Shown here: positions 1 through 9,592 of the stretch, piece after piece
Layout of the letters: every line of letters starts with the position of its first letter
How positions within the stretch are numbered: the first letter of the stretch is position 1
Assembly (NCBI RefSeq): GCF_900114655.1
Contig: NZ_FOTT01000023.1
Location: 14,133-38,132, forward strand
Direction of reading: 5' to 3'
DNA: 24,000 nucleotides
Source: Candidatus Frackibacter sp. WG13
Lineage (GTDB): Bacteria; Bacillota; Halanaerobiia; Halobacteroidales; Acetohalobiaceae
Program-made: the position numbers and the translations under genes
The notes under the pieces: generated by a model
The model's database searches: none
What the model was told of the DNA's origin: nothing
Seen by the model: only the letters and a program-made list of their open reading frames with translations

Positions 1-1301
1 GCGGTAATAATAAGCTTGGAGGAGACGATTTTGACCAAAAGATTATAGATTACTTAGCAAAAGAGTTTAAGAAAGAGCATGGTATTGACTTAAGAGATGA
101 TAAGATGTCATTACAGCGGTTAAAGGATGCTGCAGAAAAAGCTAAGATTGAGTTATCTGGAGTAGCAAGTACTAATGTTAACTTACCGTTTATTACTCAA
201 ACTGAAACTGGTCCTAAGCATTTAGATGTAGATATTACTAGATCACAGTTTGAAAAGATGACTTCTGATTTAGTTGAAAAGACAATGAAGCCGACTCGAC
301 AGGCGATAGCTGATGCTGACTTAAGTAAGAGTGAGATAGACCAGGTACTATTAGTAGGAGGTTCAACAAGAATTCCTGCTGTTAGAGAAGCAATTAAAAA
401 AGAAGTCGGTAAAGAACCAAATAAAGGAATTAACCCTGATGAGTGTGTAGCTCTTGGAGCAGCGATTCAAGGGGGAGTATTAGCTGGAGATGTTGATGAT
501 TTAGTACTATTAGATGTTACTCCGCTTTCGTTAGGAATTGAGACTATGGGTGGAGTCTTCACTAGATTAATTGATAGAAATACCACAATTCCTACTTCGG
601 AAAGTAAAGTCTTCAGTACAGCTGCTGATAATCAGACAGCAGTAGATATTCATGTGCTACAGGGTGAAAGAGAGATGGCCAAAGATAATAAGACTTTAGG
701 TCGTTTCCAATTAACTGATATTCCACCTGCTCCTAGAGGAGTACCACAGATTGAAGTTACTTTCGATATTGATGCTAATGGTATCGTACATGTTTCTGCT
801 GAAGATAAAGGTACTGGAAATGAACAGCAGATTACCATTAAATCGGATACTGGATTATCAGAAGATGATATCGAAAAGATGGTAAATGAAGCTGAGGCCC
901 ATGCGGAAGAGGACAAGAAGCGAAGAGAAGCAGTGGAGACAGTTACAGAAGCTGATAGCTTAGTGCACCAGGTTGATAAGACGATTGAAGAAGCTGGTGA
1001 AGGAGTAGATGAGTCTGTATTAAGTAATATTGAAGCTGCTAAAGAAGAATTAGAAGCAGTATTAGAGGATATTGATATGAGCAATATTGACCCAGATGAA
1101 ATAGATGTTGATACTATCAATGAAAAGAAAGAGAACTTAACTAATGAATTACATGAATTAACCCAGCAGATGTATGCTCAAGCCCAAGCGCAGCAGCAAG
1201 CTCAGCAACAGGCACAAGGAGCTGCTGGTGGAGCAAAAACAGAAACTGATGATGATGAAGATGTAGTTGATGTTGATTATGAAGAGGTTGATGATGAATA
1301 A
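1..1301 (+). CDS. dnaK: Molecular chaperone DnaK (Hsp70), C-terminal ~430 aa; the 5' end lies upstream of the window
   Basis: Frame 3 is open from position 3 ([35 protein letters not shown]...), so the ORF-track Met at 105 is internal. Hsp70 motifs are present: [43 protein letters not shown]. The C-terminus has an acidic [10 protein letters not shown] tail. dnaJ follows directly. Confidence 0.97.
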   Translation, partial: GNNKLGGDDFDQKIIDYLAKEFKKEHGIDLRDDKMSLQRLKDAAEKAKIELSGVASTNVNLPFITQTETGPKHLDVDITRSQFEKMTSDLVEKTMKPTRQAIADADLSKSEIDQVLLVGGSTRIPAVREAIKKEVGKEPNKGINPDECVALGAAIQGGVLAGDVDDLVLLDVTPLSLGIETMGGVFTRLIDRNTTIPTSESKVFSTAADNQTAVDIHVLQGEREMAKDNKTLGRFQLTDIPPAPRGVPQIEVTFDIDANGIVHVSAEDKGTGNEQQITIKSDTGLSEDDIEKMVNEAEAHAEEDKKRREAVETVTEADSLVHQVDKTIEEAGEGVDESVLSNIEAAKEELEAVLEDIDMSNIDPDEIDVDTINEKKENLTNELHELTQQMYAQAQAQQQAQQQAQGAAGGAKTETDDDEDVVDVDYEEVDDE

Positions 1302-1326
1302 TTGGATTTGATTAGGCAGTAGTAAT

Positions 1327-1363
1327 ACAAAGTCAAAGCCTACCTGGCTTTGGCTTTGTTTAT
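1327..1363 (+). terminator. dnaK-dnaJ intergenic hairpin: a weak intrinsic terminator, attenuator or processing structure
   Basis: acaaagtcaaagcc (1327-1340) pairs with ggctttggctttgt (1346-1359). That is 14 bp including one G-U pair, with loop tacct. Only a short ttat tract follows, not a long U run. Confidence 0.35.
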
Positions 1364-1404
1364 GTCCATAGATTACTAAACCGTGAGGTGGAGGAATTTA
1401 AATT

Positions 1405-2535
1405 ATGAGTAAGAAAGATTATTATGAGGTTTTAGGTGTTAGTAAGGAAGCAAGTGACAAAGAGATTAAACGTGCTTATCGTAAGTTAGCGAAAAAGTAT
1501 CATCCCGATGTAAGTGATGATCCTAATGCTGAAGAGAAGTTTAAAGAGGTTTCTGAGGCCTATAAAGTTTTAAGTGATGAAAACTTAAGAGCAAGGTATG
1601 ATCAGTATGGTCATGCTGGTGTAGACCAAGAAAGCTTTGGTCAAGGTGGATTTGGCCAAGGTGGCGGTTTTGGTGGTTTTGACGATATATTTGATATGTT
1701 CTTTGGTGGTGGAGGTCGTAGTAGACAGCAGCGCAGGAATGCACCACGCAAGGGTTCTGACCTGAGATATAACTTAACTATTGATTTCGAAGAAGCTGCT
1801 TTTGGGACCGAAAAAGAGATTAAGATTCCACGGACAGAAGAATGTGATAAGTGTAATGGGAGCGGAGCCCAATCAGATAGCGACGTAGAGACTTGTGCTA
1901 AATGTAATGGTACAGGAGAAGTCAGATTTAAACAGCAAACTCCTTTTGGACAGTTTGTACAGACAAGAACTTGTGATCGTTGCCATGGAGATGGTAAATT
2001 TGTTAAAGACCCATGTCCTAAGTGTAATGGAAAAGGTAAAGTAAGAAGAAGAAGAAATATTACCGTTAATGTTCCCGCAGGAGTAGAAGGTGGTTCGCGT
2101 TTAAGAATGCAAGGTGAGGGTGAGGCTGGAGAAAATGGTGGTCCAGCTGGTGACCTATATATAGTAATCAATGTGCGTTCACATAAATTATTCAAGCGAA
2201 GAGGCGACGATGTTCTTTGTGAGGTGCCGATTAATTTTGTGCAGGCTATTTTAGGAGATGAGATAGAGGTACCAACTTTAGATGGCAAGGTAAAGTTCAA
2301 GATTCCTGAAGGAACCCAACCAGGAACTTCTTTCCGTTTAAAAAATAAAGGGATCCCTCATTTGCGAGGTAACGGACGTGGAGACCAGCATATAAAGGTA
2401 AAGGTTGTAATTCCAGAGAGATTAGATAATGAACAAAAAGAGTTATTAAAGAAGTTTTCGCAAATTAGTGGGGAAGAGATTAATCCTGAAGAAAAAGGTT
2501 TTTTTAAGAAGGTAAAAGATGTTTTAGGAATGTAA
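1405..2535 (+). CDS. dnaJ: Co-chaperone DnaJ (Hsp40, type I)
   Basis: J domain with HPD (KKYHPDV). G/F-rich linker ([26 protein letters not shown]). Four CxxCxGxG zinc-finger repeats ([32 protein letters not shown]). RBS ggtggagga lies 9 nt upstream of the ATG. Confidence 0.97.
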   Translation: MSKKDYYEVLGVSKEASDKEIKRAYRKLAKKYHPDVSDDPNAEEKFKEVSEAYKVLSDENLRARYDQYGHAGVDQESFGQGGFGQGGGFGGFDDIFDMFFGGGGRSRQQRRNAPRKGSDLRYNLTIDFEEAAFGTEKEIKIPRTEECDKCNGSGAQSDSDVETCAKCNGTGEVRFKQQTPFGQFVQTRTCDRCHGDGKFVKDPCPKCNGKGKVRRRRNITVNVPAGVEGGSRLRMQGEGEAGENGGPAGDLYIVINVRSHKLFKRRGDDVLCEVPINFVQAILGDEIEVPTLDGKVKFKIPEGTQPGTSFRLKNKGIPHLRGNGRGDQHIKVKVVIPERLDNEQKELLKKFSQISGEEINPEEKGFFKKVKDVLGM

Positions 2536-2592
2536 ACTAGCCTCATCAATAATGTTTGATTGCTAATTGTGAATGAAGGAGAATGAAATCAT

Positions 2593-3474
2593 ATGAAATG
2601 GAGAGAGGTTAAGATATTTACAACTAAAGAGTCATTGCCGGCTATCAGTAATATTTTACAGGATATCGGCATTGAAGGCCTGGTTAAAGAAGACCTTGAA
2701 GTAAAGGTTTCTGATGATGACTTATTAATTAAAGCTTATCTACCGATTAATGATTCTTTAGAAGCTAAGTTGGCTATACTAAAGAGTAAGATTGGTTATT
2801 TGCATCAATATGGATTGAACTCTGGTTCCGGTCGAATAGAATTAGAGACTATTCCCGAAGAAGATTGGAGTAGTTCGTGGAAAGAGCATTTTAAGCCGAC
2901 TAAAATAACAGATACAATAGTAATTAAGCCAACCTGGGAAGAGTATGAAGCTAAACCAGGAGAAAAGATAATTGAATTAGACCCCGGTATGGCCTTTGGC
3001 ACCGGGGCTCATGCTACGACTACTATGTGTATAGAAGCTATCGAAGAGAATTGTGATGGACGAGAAAGTATGTTGGATATCGGGACTGGAACTGGCATCC
3101 TGTCTGTTGCTGCTAGCTTATTAGAGATAGAAGATATTTTAGCTATAGATATAGATGACATAGCGGTTAAGATAGCAAAACAGAACTTAAAACTAAATAA
3201 TCTTAACGAAGAAGTAGTAGTTAAGCAAGGGGATTTAGTAGAGATAGTTAATGAAAAGTATGATTTAGTAGTAGGGAATCTACTACCACATATTATTCTA
3301 AGGTTAATTCCTGATATGTTAGAAGTATTAGATGAAGATAGTCTCTTTATCTTATCTGGAATTAATAAAGAAAAGAAAGAAGAGATTAAAGAAGCGCTTA
3401 TAGACGTTAATTTAATAGTTAAAGAGGTAAAAGAAGAGGAAGATTGGGTTACGATAATAGGGGAGAGGAGTTAA
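2593..3474 (+). CDS. prmA: Ribosomal protein L11 methyltransferase PrmA
   Basis: PrmA signature DPGMAFGTGAHATT and SAM-binding LDIGTGTGIL. It occupies the same position as yqeT downstream of dnaJ in B. subtilis. RBS aaggaga is upstream. Confidence 0.93.
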   Translation: MKWREVKIFTTKESLPAISNILQDIGIEGLVKEDLEVKVSDDDLLIKAYLPINDSLEAKLAILKSKIGYLHQYGLNSGSGRIELETIPEEDWSSSWKEHFKPTKITDTIVIKPTWEEYEAKPGEKIIELDPGMAFGTGAHATTTMCIEAIEENCDGRESMLDIGTGTGILSVAASLLEIEDILAIDIDDIAVKIAKQNLKLNNLNEEVVVKQGDLVEIVNEKYDLVVGNLLPHIILRLIPDMLEVLDEDSLFILSGINKEKKEEIKEALIDVNLIVKEVKEEEDWVTIIGERS

Positions 3475-3478
3475 TAGT

Positions 3479-4228
3479 ATGCATCATTTCTTTGTAGAAC
3501 CTAAAAATATAGTTGATGAGCAAATTAGAATTACTGGAAGTGATGTACGACATATTACTAAAGCTCTTCGCTTACAACCTGATGATAAGATTAGTGTAGC
3601 TGACGGTCAGGGTCAAAAATATATTATAAAAATTGTAGAAACTAGTGAAGAAGTAGTAATAGGTGAGATACAAGATGAGTTTGTAGCTCAAGTAGAACCA
3701 GAAGTTAAAGTAACACTTTTACAGGGGTTACCTAAGAGCAAGAAGATGGATTTGATAGTCCAAAAATGTACTGAATTAGGTATAGACCAAGTAATTCCTA
3801 TGGAAACTAAAAGAAGTGTAGTGAAACTAAAGCCTAGTAAAGCAAAGCGTCGTCAGAAGAGATGGCAGAAGATAGCTGAAGAAGCAGCTAAGCAGTCTGG
3901 TCGGGCGACGATTCCTAAGGTTGGTGAACTGAAGGATTTTATTGATCTAGAAGAGATAATTACGGATTATGATTTAGTTTTGATTCCTTGGGAAGATGAA
4001 GATAGTGATGGTTTAAAGAATAATTTACAGAATTTAGACTTAAATCCAGAGAAAATTTTGCTTGTAATTGGTCCAGAAGGCGGTTTTGCATCAGAAGAAG
4101 TAGATAAGGCCAAGGAATTAGGAGCTAAATCAGTAACCTTAGGACCACGAATCTTAAGAACGGAGACCGCTGGATTAGCTGCATTGAGTATGATTCTATA
4201 CGAAGCAGGAGATTTAGGAGGAGCATAA
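3479..4228 (+). CDS. rsmE: 16S rRNA (uracil1498-N3)-methyltransferase RsmE
   Basis: PUA-like N-terminus and a SPOUT C-terminus with VIGPEGGF and RILRTETA. There is a 4-nt gap after prmA. It occupies the yqeU position. Confidence 0.92.
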   Translation: MHHFFVEPKNIVDEQIRITGSDVRHITKALRLQPDDKISVADGQGQKYIIKIVETSEEVVIGEIQDEFVAQVEPEVKVTLLQGLPKSKKMDLIVQKCTELGIDQVIPMETKRSVVKLKPSKAKRRQKRWQKIAEEAAKQSGRATIPKVGELKDFIDLEEIITDYDLVLIPWEDEDSDGLKNNLQNLDLNPEKILLVIGPEGGFASEEVDKAKELGAKSVTLGPRILRTETAGLAALSMILYEAGDLGGA

Positions 4229-5535
4229 TGAAACGAGTTGGATTTTATACTTTAGGTTGTAAAGTGAATCAATATGACACCGAGTCAATGATAAATCTTT
4301 TTACTGAAGCTGGTTATAAAGTGGTTGACTTCCAGGAAGAGGCCGATGTATATATTATTAATACTTGTACAGTGACCCATCAGGGTGCGCGCAAATCAAG
4401 GCAGATAACTCGACGTGCTAAACGGAGAAACCCAGAGTCTATAGTAGCAGTAGTTGGCTGTTACCCTCAAGTCTCTCCAGATGAGGTTTTAGAAGTTAGT
4501 GGAGTAGATTTAATAGTAGGAACTGAGGGACGCAAAGAGATAGTCGAATTAATAGAACAGGCTAGGTTAGCTAAAGAACCACTTAACTTTGTGCAGAATG
4601 TAATGGAAACAGAAGAGTTTGAAGAGATACCAATTACTGAATCTAAAGAGCGAACAAGGGCTTCGCTGAAAATAGAGGATGGCTGTGATCGTTTCTGTGC
4701 TTACTGTATTATTCCGTATACTCGGGGAACAGTTAGGAGTAGAGATTTAAGCGAAGCCGTAGCTGAAGCTGAACGATTGGCTCAAAATGGATTTGAAGAG
4801 ATAGTTTTAACTGGTATTCATTTAGGAGCTTATGGAGAAGAAAAAGGAGAGGCTACAGATTTAATTAGTTTAATTAAAGAATTAATAAGGATTCCTGATT
4901 TAGAACGGATTAGATTGAGTTCGATAGAAGCAACAGAAGTGAGCCAAGAATTAATAGATTTGATTGCTGATGAAAAGAAATTATGTCGTCACTTACATTT
5001 ACCATTACAAAGCGGTAGTAATAAAGTTTTAAAGGCTATGAATCGAGACTATACTACCGAGGAATTTGCAGCAAAAATAACACAGATTAGAGAGCAAATT
5101 CCGGAAATAGCGGTTACTACTGATGTAATGGTTGGTTTCCCTGGTGAAACAGAAGAGGACTTCAATACTACTTATGGATTTATTAAAGAACTTGGATTTA
5201 GTGATTTACATGTCTTCAAATATTCGAAAAGAGAAGGAACCCCAGCAGCCAAATTTGATGAACAGGTACATTCAAGAGTTAAGAAGAAAAGAAGTGCGAA
5301 ATTAAGAGAACTAGGCGAAAGAATGGCTGAAGAATATAGAGATAAATTTATCGGTAAAGGGTTGGATGTAATGATAGAAGAAGAACGAGACCATAGAACT
5401 GGTTTATTAACTGGATTAACAGATAATTACTTAAAAGTAATGGTTGATGCAGGAGACTCTTATCAAGGTGAGCTAGTATCTGTTAAGTTAGTAGACACAG
5501 AGGACAATTACTTAATTGGCTCTATTGAAGAATAA
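4228..5535 (+). CDS. mtaB: tRNA t6A37 methylthiotransferase MtaB (radical SAM MTTase)
   Basis: N-terminal MTTase domain (FYTLGCKVNQYDTE). Radical-SAM CxxxCxxC motif (CDRFCAYCIIPYTRG). C-terminal TRAM-like region. The start overlaps the rsmE stop (ATAATG). It occupies the yqeV position. Confidence 0.93.
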   Translation: MKRVGFYTLGCKVNQYDTESMINLFTEAGYKVVDFQEEADVYIINTCTVTHQGARKSRQITRRAKRRNPESIVAVVGCYPQVSPDEVLEVSGVDLIVGTEGRKEIVELIEQARLAKEPLNFVQNVMETEEFEEIPITESKERTRASLKIEDGCDRFCAYCIIPYTRGTVRSRDLSEAVAEAERLAQNGFEEIVLTGIHLGAYGEEKGEATDLISLIKELIRIPDLERIRLSSIEATEVSQELIDLIADEKKLCRHLHLPLQSGSNKVLKAMNRDYTTEEFAAKITQIREQIPEIAVTTDVMVGFPGETEEDFNTTYGFIKELGFSDLHVFKYSKREGTPAAKFDEQVHSRVKKKRSAKLRELGERMAEEYRDKFIGKGLDVMIEEERDHRTGLLTGLTDNYLKVMVDAGDSYQGELVSVKLVDTEDNYLIGSIEE

Positions 5536-5674
5536 ATAACGTTATGATTAAAACACAAAAAGGTTATATTGAGCAAATCACAGCTTAAATGGTTAATTTT
5601 ACCAATAAAGAAGGACTTTTTAATCCTAATCAAGAATATATTAAAACTAATTACGAATAAAAGGAGGGAAGTTT

Positions 5675-6019
5675 ATGTCAGACTGTCTTTTTTGCGGAAT
5701 AGCTAATCATGAAATAGAGAGTGATATAATATATGAAGATGAAAAGGTAGTTGCTTTTAGAGATATTGAACCGCAAGCACCGGTGCATATCCTAATCGTT
5801 CCTAAAAAACATATCGCAACAACTTTAGAATTAGAAGCAGAAGATAAAGAATTAATTGGACATATATATCAAGTAGCAAATCAATTAGCAACTGATGAAG
5901 GGATTGCTGAAGACGGTTTTAGAATTGTGAATAATTGTAATGAAGATGGAGGACAGACAGTTTTTCATTTGCATTTTCACTTATTAGGTGGTAGACAATT
6001 ACAATGGCCACCAGGCTAA
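5675..6019 (+). CDS. HIT-family (histidine triad) nucleotide hydrolase, HinT-like
   Basis: Histidine triad HLHFHLLGG near the C-terminus and a CLFCGI N-terminus typical of the HinT subgroup. Strong RBS aaaggaggga. Confidence 0.92.
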   Translation: MSDCLFCGIANHEIESDIIYEDEKVVAFRDIEPQAPVHILIVPKKHIATTLELEAEDKELIGHIYQVANQLATDEGIAEDGFRIVNNCNEDGGQTVFHLHFHLLGGRQLQWPPG

Positions 6020-6042
6020 ATTATTAAAGGAGGTAAAGGCGT

Positions 6043-6489
6043 ATGTCTTTGCAAGAAGAATTACTTACTGATATGAAAGAAGCTATGAAAGAAGGAGATA
6101 AACAGAAACTATCAGTAATTAGGATGGCTAGAGCAGCAATTAAGAATGTAGAAATAGATGAAAGAAAGGACCTATCTGATGATGAAATAGTCGCTGTTTT
6201 AGCTAAAGAGGTTAAACAACGAAGAGATTCAATTCCTGAGTATGAAAAAGTAGGAAAAGATGATGTAGTAGCTGAATTGGAAGAAGAGATCGAAATATTG
6301 AATAAATATTTACCTGAGCAATTATCAGAGGAAGAGATTCAGGACTTAGTTGAAGAAACGATTAATGAGATAGGAGCGGTAGATATGAGTGATATGGGTA
6401 AGGTAATGGGAGCAATTATGCCTAAGGTAAAAGGGAAAGCTGACGGAAATGAAGTCAATAAAGTAGTTAAAGAAAGATTACAAGCTTGA
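6043..6489 (+). CDS. yqeY: GatB/YqeY domain protein
   Basis: Full-length resemblance to the YqeY family (LKEAMKEGDK...LSVIRMARAAIKN...YLPEQLSEEEI). RBS aaggagg. Conserved position upstream of nfeD/floA. Confidence 0.88.
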   Translation: MSLQEELLTDMKEAMKEGDKQKLSVIRMARAAIKNVEIDERKDLSDDEIVAVLAKEVKQRRDSIPEYEKVGKDDVVAELEEEIEILNKYLPEQLSEEEIQDLVEETINEIGAVDMSDMGKVMGAIMPKVKGKADGNEVNKVVKERLQA

Positions 6490-6510
6490 CTTGATAAAAG
6501 AAATTTTATC

Positions 6511-6541
6511 CTCGGTACTAAGTTAGTACCGAGTGTTTTAT
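6511..6541 (+). terminator. Rho-independent terminator after yqeY
   Basis: ctcggtacta (6511-6520) is a perfect 10-bp complement of tagtaccgag (6524-6533). A short loop separates them, and tgttttatatt follows. Confidence 0.8.
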
Positions 6542-6588
6542 ATTAGCAAGTAGTGAAAAAATGCACGTTTGGAAAGGGTTGACAAGTA

Positions 6589-7893
6589 ATGCTTCGGTCA
6601 ATTAAGAAAGAGTATTTACTGATTGCTATCTTAATGTTTATAGTATCAGGTCTTTTTTTGCAATCACCGGCAATTGCAAAAAAGCCAATTGTCTATGAGA
6701 TTCCGGTTAAAGGTACTATTGATTTAGGTTTAGCTAAGTTTATTTCTCGTGGTATTCAACAAGCAGAAAGAGAAGAAGTAGAGGCGATTATATTAACTAT
6801 TGATACTTTTGGTGGTTTGGTGAAAGGAGCTACAGATATTAGAGATAGTATCTTAAATACTAAGCTACCTGTGATTGCTTATGTAGAGAATAGAGCGTGG
6901 TCAGCTGGGGCTTTGATTACTATTGCTAGTGATAAGGTATATATGAATTCAGGTAGTAGCATAGGGGCTGCTGAACCTCGACCCAAAGATGCCAAGATAG
7001 TATCGGCTTTTAGAAAGGAATTTCAGACTACAGCAGAAAAGACAGGTAGAGATGATAAGTTAGCAGCAGCAATGGTAGATGCAAAATTAGAGATAGAAGG
7101 CTTAGTAGATGAAGGAGAAATATTAACTCTAACTGCTAAGGAAGCAGCTAGAATAGAATTTATAAATAAGGTGGTTAATAGTAAAGAAGAAGCGTTAGCA
7201 GAAGGTGGCTATCCTGATACTAAAATAATTCAACTTCATCCTAATCTACAAGAGAAATTAGCTAGATTTACTTCTAATCCAGCTGTCAGTACTATTTTGA
7301 TAACTGTTGGTTTTTTATCTTTAATTATTGAGGGTATTACCTTAGGCTGGGGAGCAGCAGGGAGTATTGGTTTATTATCATTAGGACTATATTTTACCGG
7401 GAGATTAATTGCTGGAGCAACAGGTTTTGGATTAATCTTGCTCTTTATAGTTGGAGTTTTACTTTTGGCTCTAGAAGTCTTAGTAGTGCCTGGTTTTGGG
7501 ATTACTGGGCTAGGAGGTATTATTGCTGTTTTAGGTAGTCTCTTCTTTACTTTTGAAAATAAAGAAGTGGCTATCTATGTAATCACTATTTCTAGTATAG
7601 CTAGTATCTTGGGAATAATCATTGCACTGAAATACTTTATTAGTAGTACAGCTTGGAGTCGCATTGAACTTTCTGAAAGACAGAGTAAAGAAGGAGGATA
7701 TATTAGTAATCAATCTGATGAAACATTAATAGGGAAGGCTGGACAGACGATTACACCTCTGCGCCCGGCTGGAATAGCTGAAATTGATAAGAAGAGGTTA
7801 GATGTAGTTACAGAAGGAGGATTTATAGCTGCTAACGAAGAAGTTGAAGTAGTTGATGTACAAGGGAGGCGGATAGTGGTGAGGAAATTATAA
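6589..7893 (+). CDS. nfeD: Membrane-bound ClpP-class serine protease NfeD (long form: protease domain + TM region + C-terminal OB fold)
   Basis: N-terminal signal/TM segment. Protease core with NRAWSAGALI. About 5 hydrophobic spans at aa 230-350. C-terminal NfeD OB domain (GKAGQTITPLRPAGIAEIDKKRLDVVTEGGFI). It lies directly upstream of an SPFH (FloA) gene, as for yqeZ-floA in B. subtilis. Confidence 0.9.
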   Translation: MLRSIKKEYLLIAILMFIVSGLFLQSPAIAKKPIVYEIPVKGTIDLGLAKFISRGIQQAEREEVEAIILTIDTFGGLVKGATDIRDSILNTKLPVIAYVENRAWSAGALITIASDKVYMNSGSSIGAAEPRPKDAKIVSAFRKEFQTTAEKTGRDDKLAAAMVDAKLEIEGLVDEGEILTLTAKEAARIEFINKVVNSKEEALAEGGYPDTKIIQLHPNLQEKLARFTSNPAVSTILITVGFLSLIIEGITLGWGAAGSIGLLSLGLYFTGRLIAGATGFGLILLFIVGVLLLALEVLVVPGFGITGLGGIIAVLGSLFFTFENKEVAIYVITISSIASILGIIIALKYFISSTAWSRIELSERQSKEGGYISNQSDETLIGKAGQTITPLRPAGIAEIDKKRLDVVTEGGFIAANEEVEVVDVQGRRIVVRKL

Positions 7894-7926
7894 TTGACAA
7901 TTGACGATTAACAATTGACAATTTAA
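7892..7926. repeat. Heptamer tandem repeat (AATTGAC AATTGAC GATTAAC AATTGAC AATTTAA) forming two identical 11-bp palindromes
   Basis: Read directly from the sequence. AATTGACAATT occurs at 7892-7902 and 7913-7923, with centres 21 bp apart. Each copy is a palindrome around a central base. The first overlaps the nfeD stop codon. See findings. Confidence 0.7.
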
Positions 7927-7993
7927 AAAATCGAATGAGTATAACGACCTTATTTAGCTGATAATATTCTTATAACTTAGAGGAGTGATTAAA

Positions 7994-8986
7994 ATGTATG
8001 GAATACCTATTATATTAATCTTGATATTGGTTGTTGGTTTCTTCCTATTATTCAGTTATGTTATTCCGGTTGGACTTTGGTTATCTGCTTGGGCTTCCGG
8101 GGTTAAAGTAGCAATTGGGACTTTAATTGGTATGAGACTAAGAAGAGTTCCACCAGCGAATATAGTTAGGCCTATGATCAAATCACATAAAGCTGGAATA
8201 GATTTAGGAACAGATCGTTTAGAGGCACATTACTTAGCCGGAGGAAATGTAGACCGGGTAGTTGATGCATTAATTGCTGCTGAAAGAGCAGATATTGACT
8301 TGGTTTTTGAGCGAGCAGCTGCTATAGACTTAGCCGGGCGAGATGTATTAGAAGCAGTACAGATGAGTGTTAATCCTAAAGTAATTCAGACCCCAATGGT
8401 AACGGCAGTAGCAATGGATGGGATTCAGGTACAGGCAAACGCTAGAGTTACTGTTAGAGCTAATATTGAGCGTTTAGTTGGTGGAGCTGGTGAAGAGACT
8501 ATTTTAGCAAGAGTAGGAGAAGGAATTGTTACTACAGTTGGTTCAGCTAATGCGCATACTAAAGTATTAGAGAATCCAGACTCTATTTCAGAGACAGTCT
8601 TAGATAAAGGGCTAGATTCAGGAACAGCTTTTGAGATACTCTCTATTGATATAGCTGATGTAGATGTAGGTAAGAATATCGGTGCTCAATTACAAGCTGA
8701 CCAAGCAGAAGCAGATAAGGAGATAGCTCAAGCTAAAGCTGAAGAGAAACGAGCAATGGCGGTTGCTCAGGAACAAGAGATGAAAGCGCAGGTACAAGAG
8801 ATGCGAGCGAAGGTAGTAGAAGCGGAAGCAGAAGTACCATTAGCTATGGCTGAAGCCTTACGTGAAGGGAAGATGGGCGTTATGGATTATATGAATATGC
8901 AGAATATTAAAGCCGATACTGAGATGCGCGAAAGTATTTCAGGTAAAGATGATGGTAAAAGAGAAGAAAAGATTAATGATAATTAA
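7994..8986 (+). CDS. floA: Flotillin-like protein FloA (SPFH/UPF0365 family)
   Basis: Near-colinear with B. subtilis FloA/YqfA as I remember it: [66 protein letters not shown] prefer ATG 7994 (RBS gaggag 8 nt upstream) to the ORF-track GTG at 7985, which overlaps the RBS. Confidence 0.95.
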   Translation: MYGIPIILILILVVGFFLLFSYVIPVGLWLSAWASGVKVAIGTLIGMRLRRVPPANIVRPMIKSHKAGIDLGTDRLEAHYLAGGNVDRVVDALIAAERADIDLVFERAAAIDLAGRDVLEAVQMSVNPKVIQTPMVTAVAMDGIQVQANARVTVRANIERLVGGAGEETILARVGEGIVTTVGSANAHTKVLENPDSISETVLDKGLDSGTAFEILSIDIADVDVGKNIGAQLQADQAEADKEIAQAKAEEKRAMAVAQEQEMKAQVQEMRAKVVEAEAEVPLAMAEALREGKMGVMDYMNMQNIKADTEMRESISGKDDGKREEKINDN

Positions 8987-9011
8987 GAATGATTTATTAG
9001 GAGGGATTTAA

Positions 9012-9545
9012 GTGGAACTTATAGTTCTGATAATCCTCTATTTTGGATATAACCTTGTAGTAGCTTTAATTAAGAAGATGCAGAATCAATATGAAGAACC
9101 AGACTTTCCTTATCAATCTGCAGATAAAAATCCAAATTCAATAGAAAAGAGACCAACGTCTGCAAAATTAGATGAGTTGAATCCTTCAAGACTAGATAAA
9201 TCTGGCCAGAAAATAGAAGGTGACTTAAAGGAATCTAATTCTACAAACCAGCATAAACATTTGAGCCAACAAGAAAAGTACGAAGAACTATTTGAAGACC
9301 AAGAGATAGATATGAAAGAAATTGAAGCTAAAAAAGAAGAGGCAAGAAGAAAGAAAGCTAGAGCTAAAAAGAAGTTGAAGAAGGTTAAGAAGAAAAGGGA
9401 ATCTACCAAATATAAAAAGAATCAAGAAATAGATATAAATAATTTAGGTCGACAGCAGCTAGAGCAAGGGGTTGTGTTAGCAGAGGTATTAAAGCCTCCT
9501 AGAGCTAAGAGACCATACCGCTTTAAACTTAATCGAAATGAATAA
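9012..9545 (+). CDS. Hypothetical membrane-anchored Lys/Glu-rich protein (positional counterpart of B. subtilis yqfB)
   Basis: GTG start with RBS aggaggg 6 nt upstream. One N-terminal TM helix (ELIVLIILYFGYNLVVALI). A low-complexity charged middle (KKEEARRKKARAKKKLKKVKKKRE). A distinct C-terminal patch (GVVLAEVLKPPRAKRPY). A terminator follows. No family was recognised from memory. Confidence 0.6.
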   Translation: MELIVLIILYFGYNLVVALIKKMQNQYEEPDFPYQSADKNPNSIEKRPTSAKLDELNPSRLDKSGQKIEGDLKESNSTNQHKHLSQQEKYEELFEDQEIDMKEIEAKKEEARRKKARAKKKLKKVKKKRESTKYKKNQEIDINNLGRQQLEQGVVLAEVLKPPRAKRPYRFKLNRNE

Positions 9546-9561
9546 TGATAATTTTAAACAG

Positions 9562-9592
9562 ACACTGGCTAATAATAGTCAGTGTTTTTTTC
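9562..9592 (+). terminator. Rho-independent terminator ending the nfeD-floA unit
   Basis: acactggct (9562-9570) pairs with agtcagtgt (9577-9585). That is 9 bp including one G-U pair, with loop aataat. A T7 run and a further cgttttt follow. Confidence 0.8.

Noticed and set aside
650-1120. 156-aa minus-strand ORF inside dnaK
   Set aside because: It is entirely antisense to a confidently identified dnaK. The Ser/Leu/Thr-rich low-complexity translation is typical of a shadow frame, and there is no RBS.
1171-1301. Gln/Ala repeat ([14 protein letters not shown]) and acidic tail at the DnaK C-terminus
   Set aside because: It is the usual low-complexity disordered C-terminal tail of bacterial DnaK and is comparable to the E. 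coli tail. It is not a separate feature.
1541-2549. Three minus-strand ORFs (1541-1747, 1641-2300, 2358-2549) opposite dnaJ
   Set aside because: They are antisense shadows of dnaJ. The 219-aa one is Pro/Ser/Leu-rich because it mirrors the Gly/Glu/Lys codons of dnaJ. There are no start-site signals.
5536-5588. 10-bp perfect palindrome ATAACGTTAT (5536-5545) right after mtaB, and a 14-codon ORF (5544-5588) in the 139-bp mtaB-HIT spacer
   Set aside because: The palindrome has no loop or U-tract, so it is not a terminator. The mini-ORF has no SD and no recognisable features. The spacer is also too short to hide rpsU, which occupies this neighbourhood in B. subtilis.
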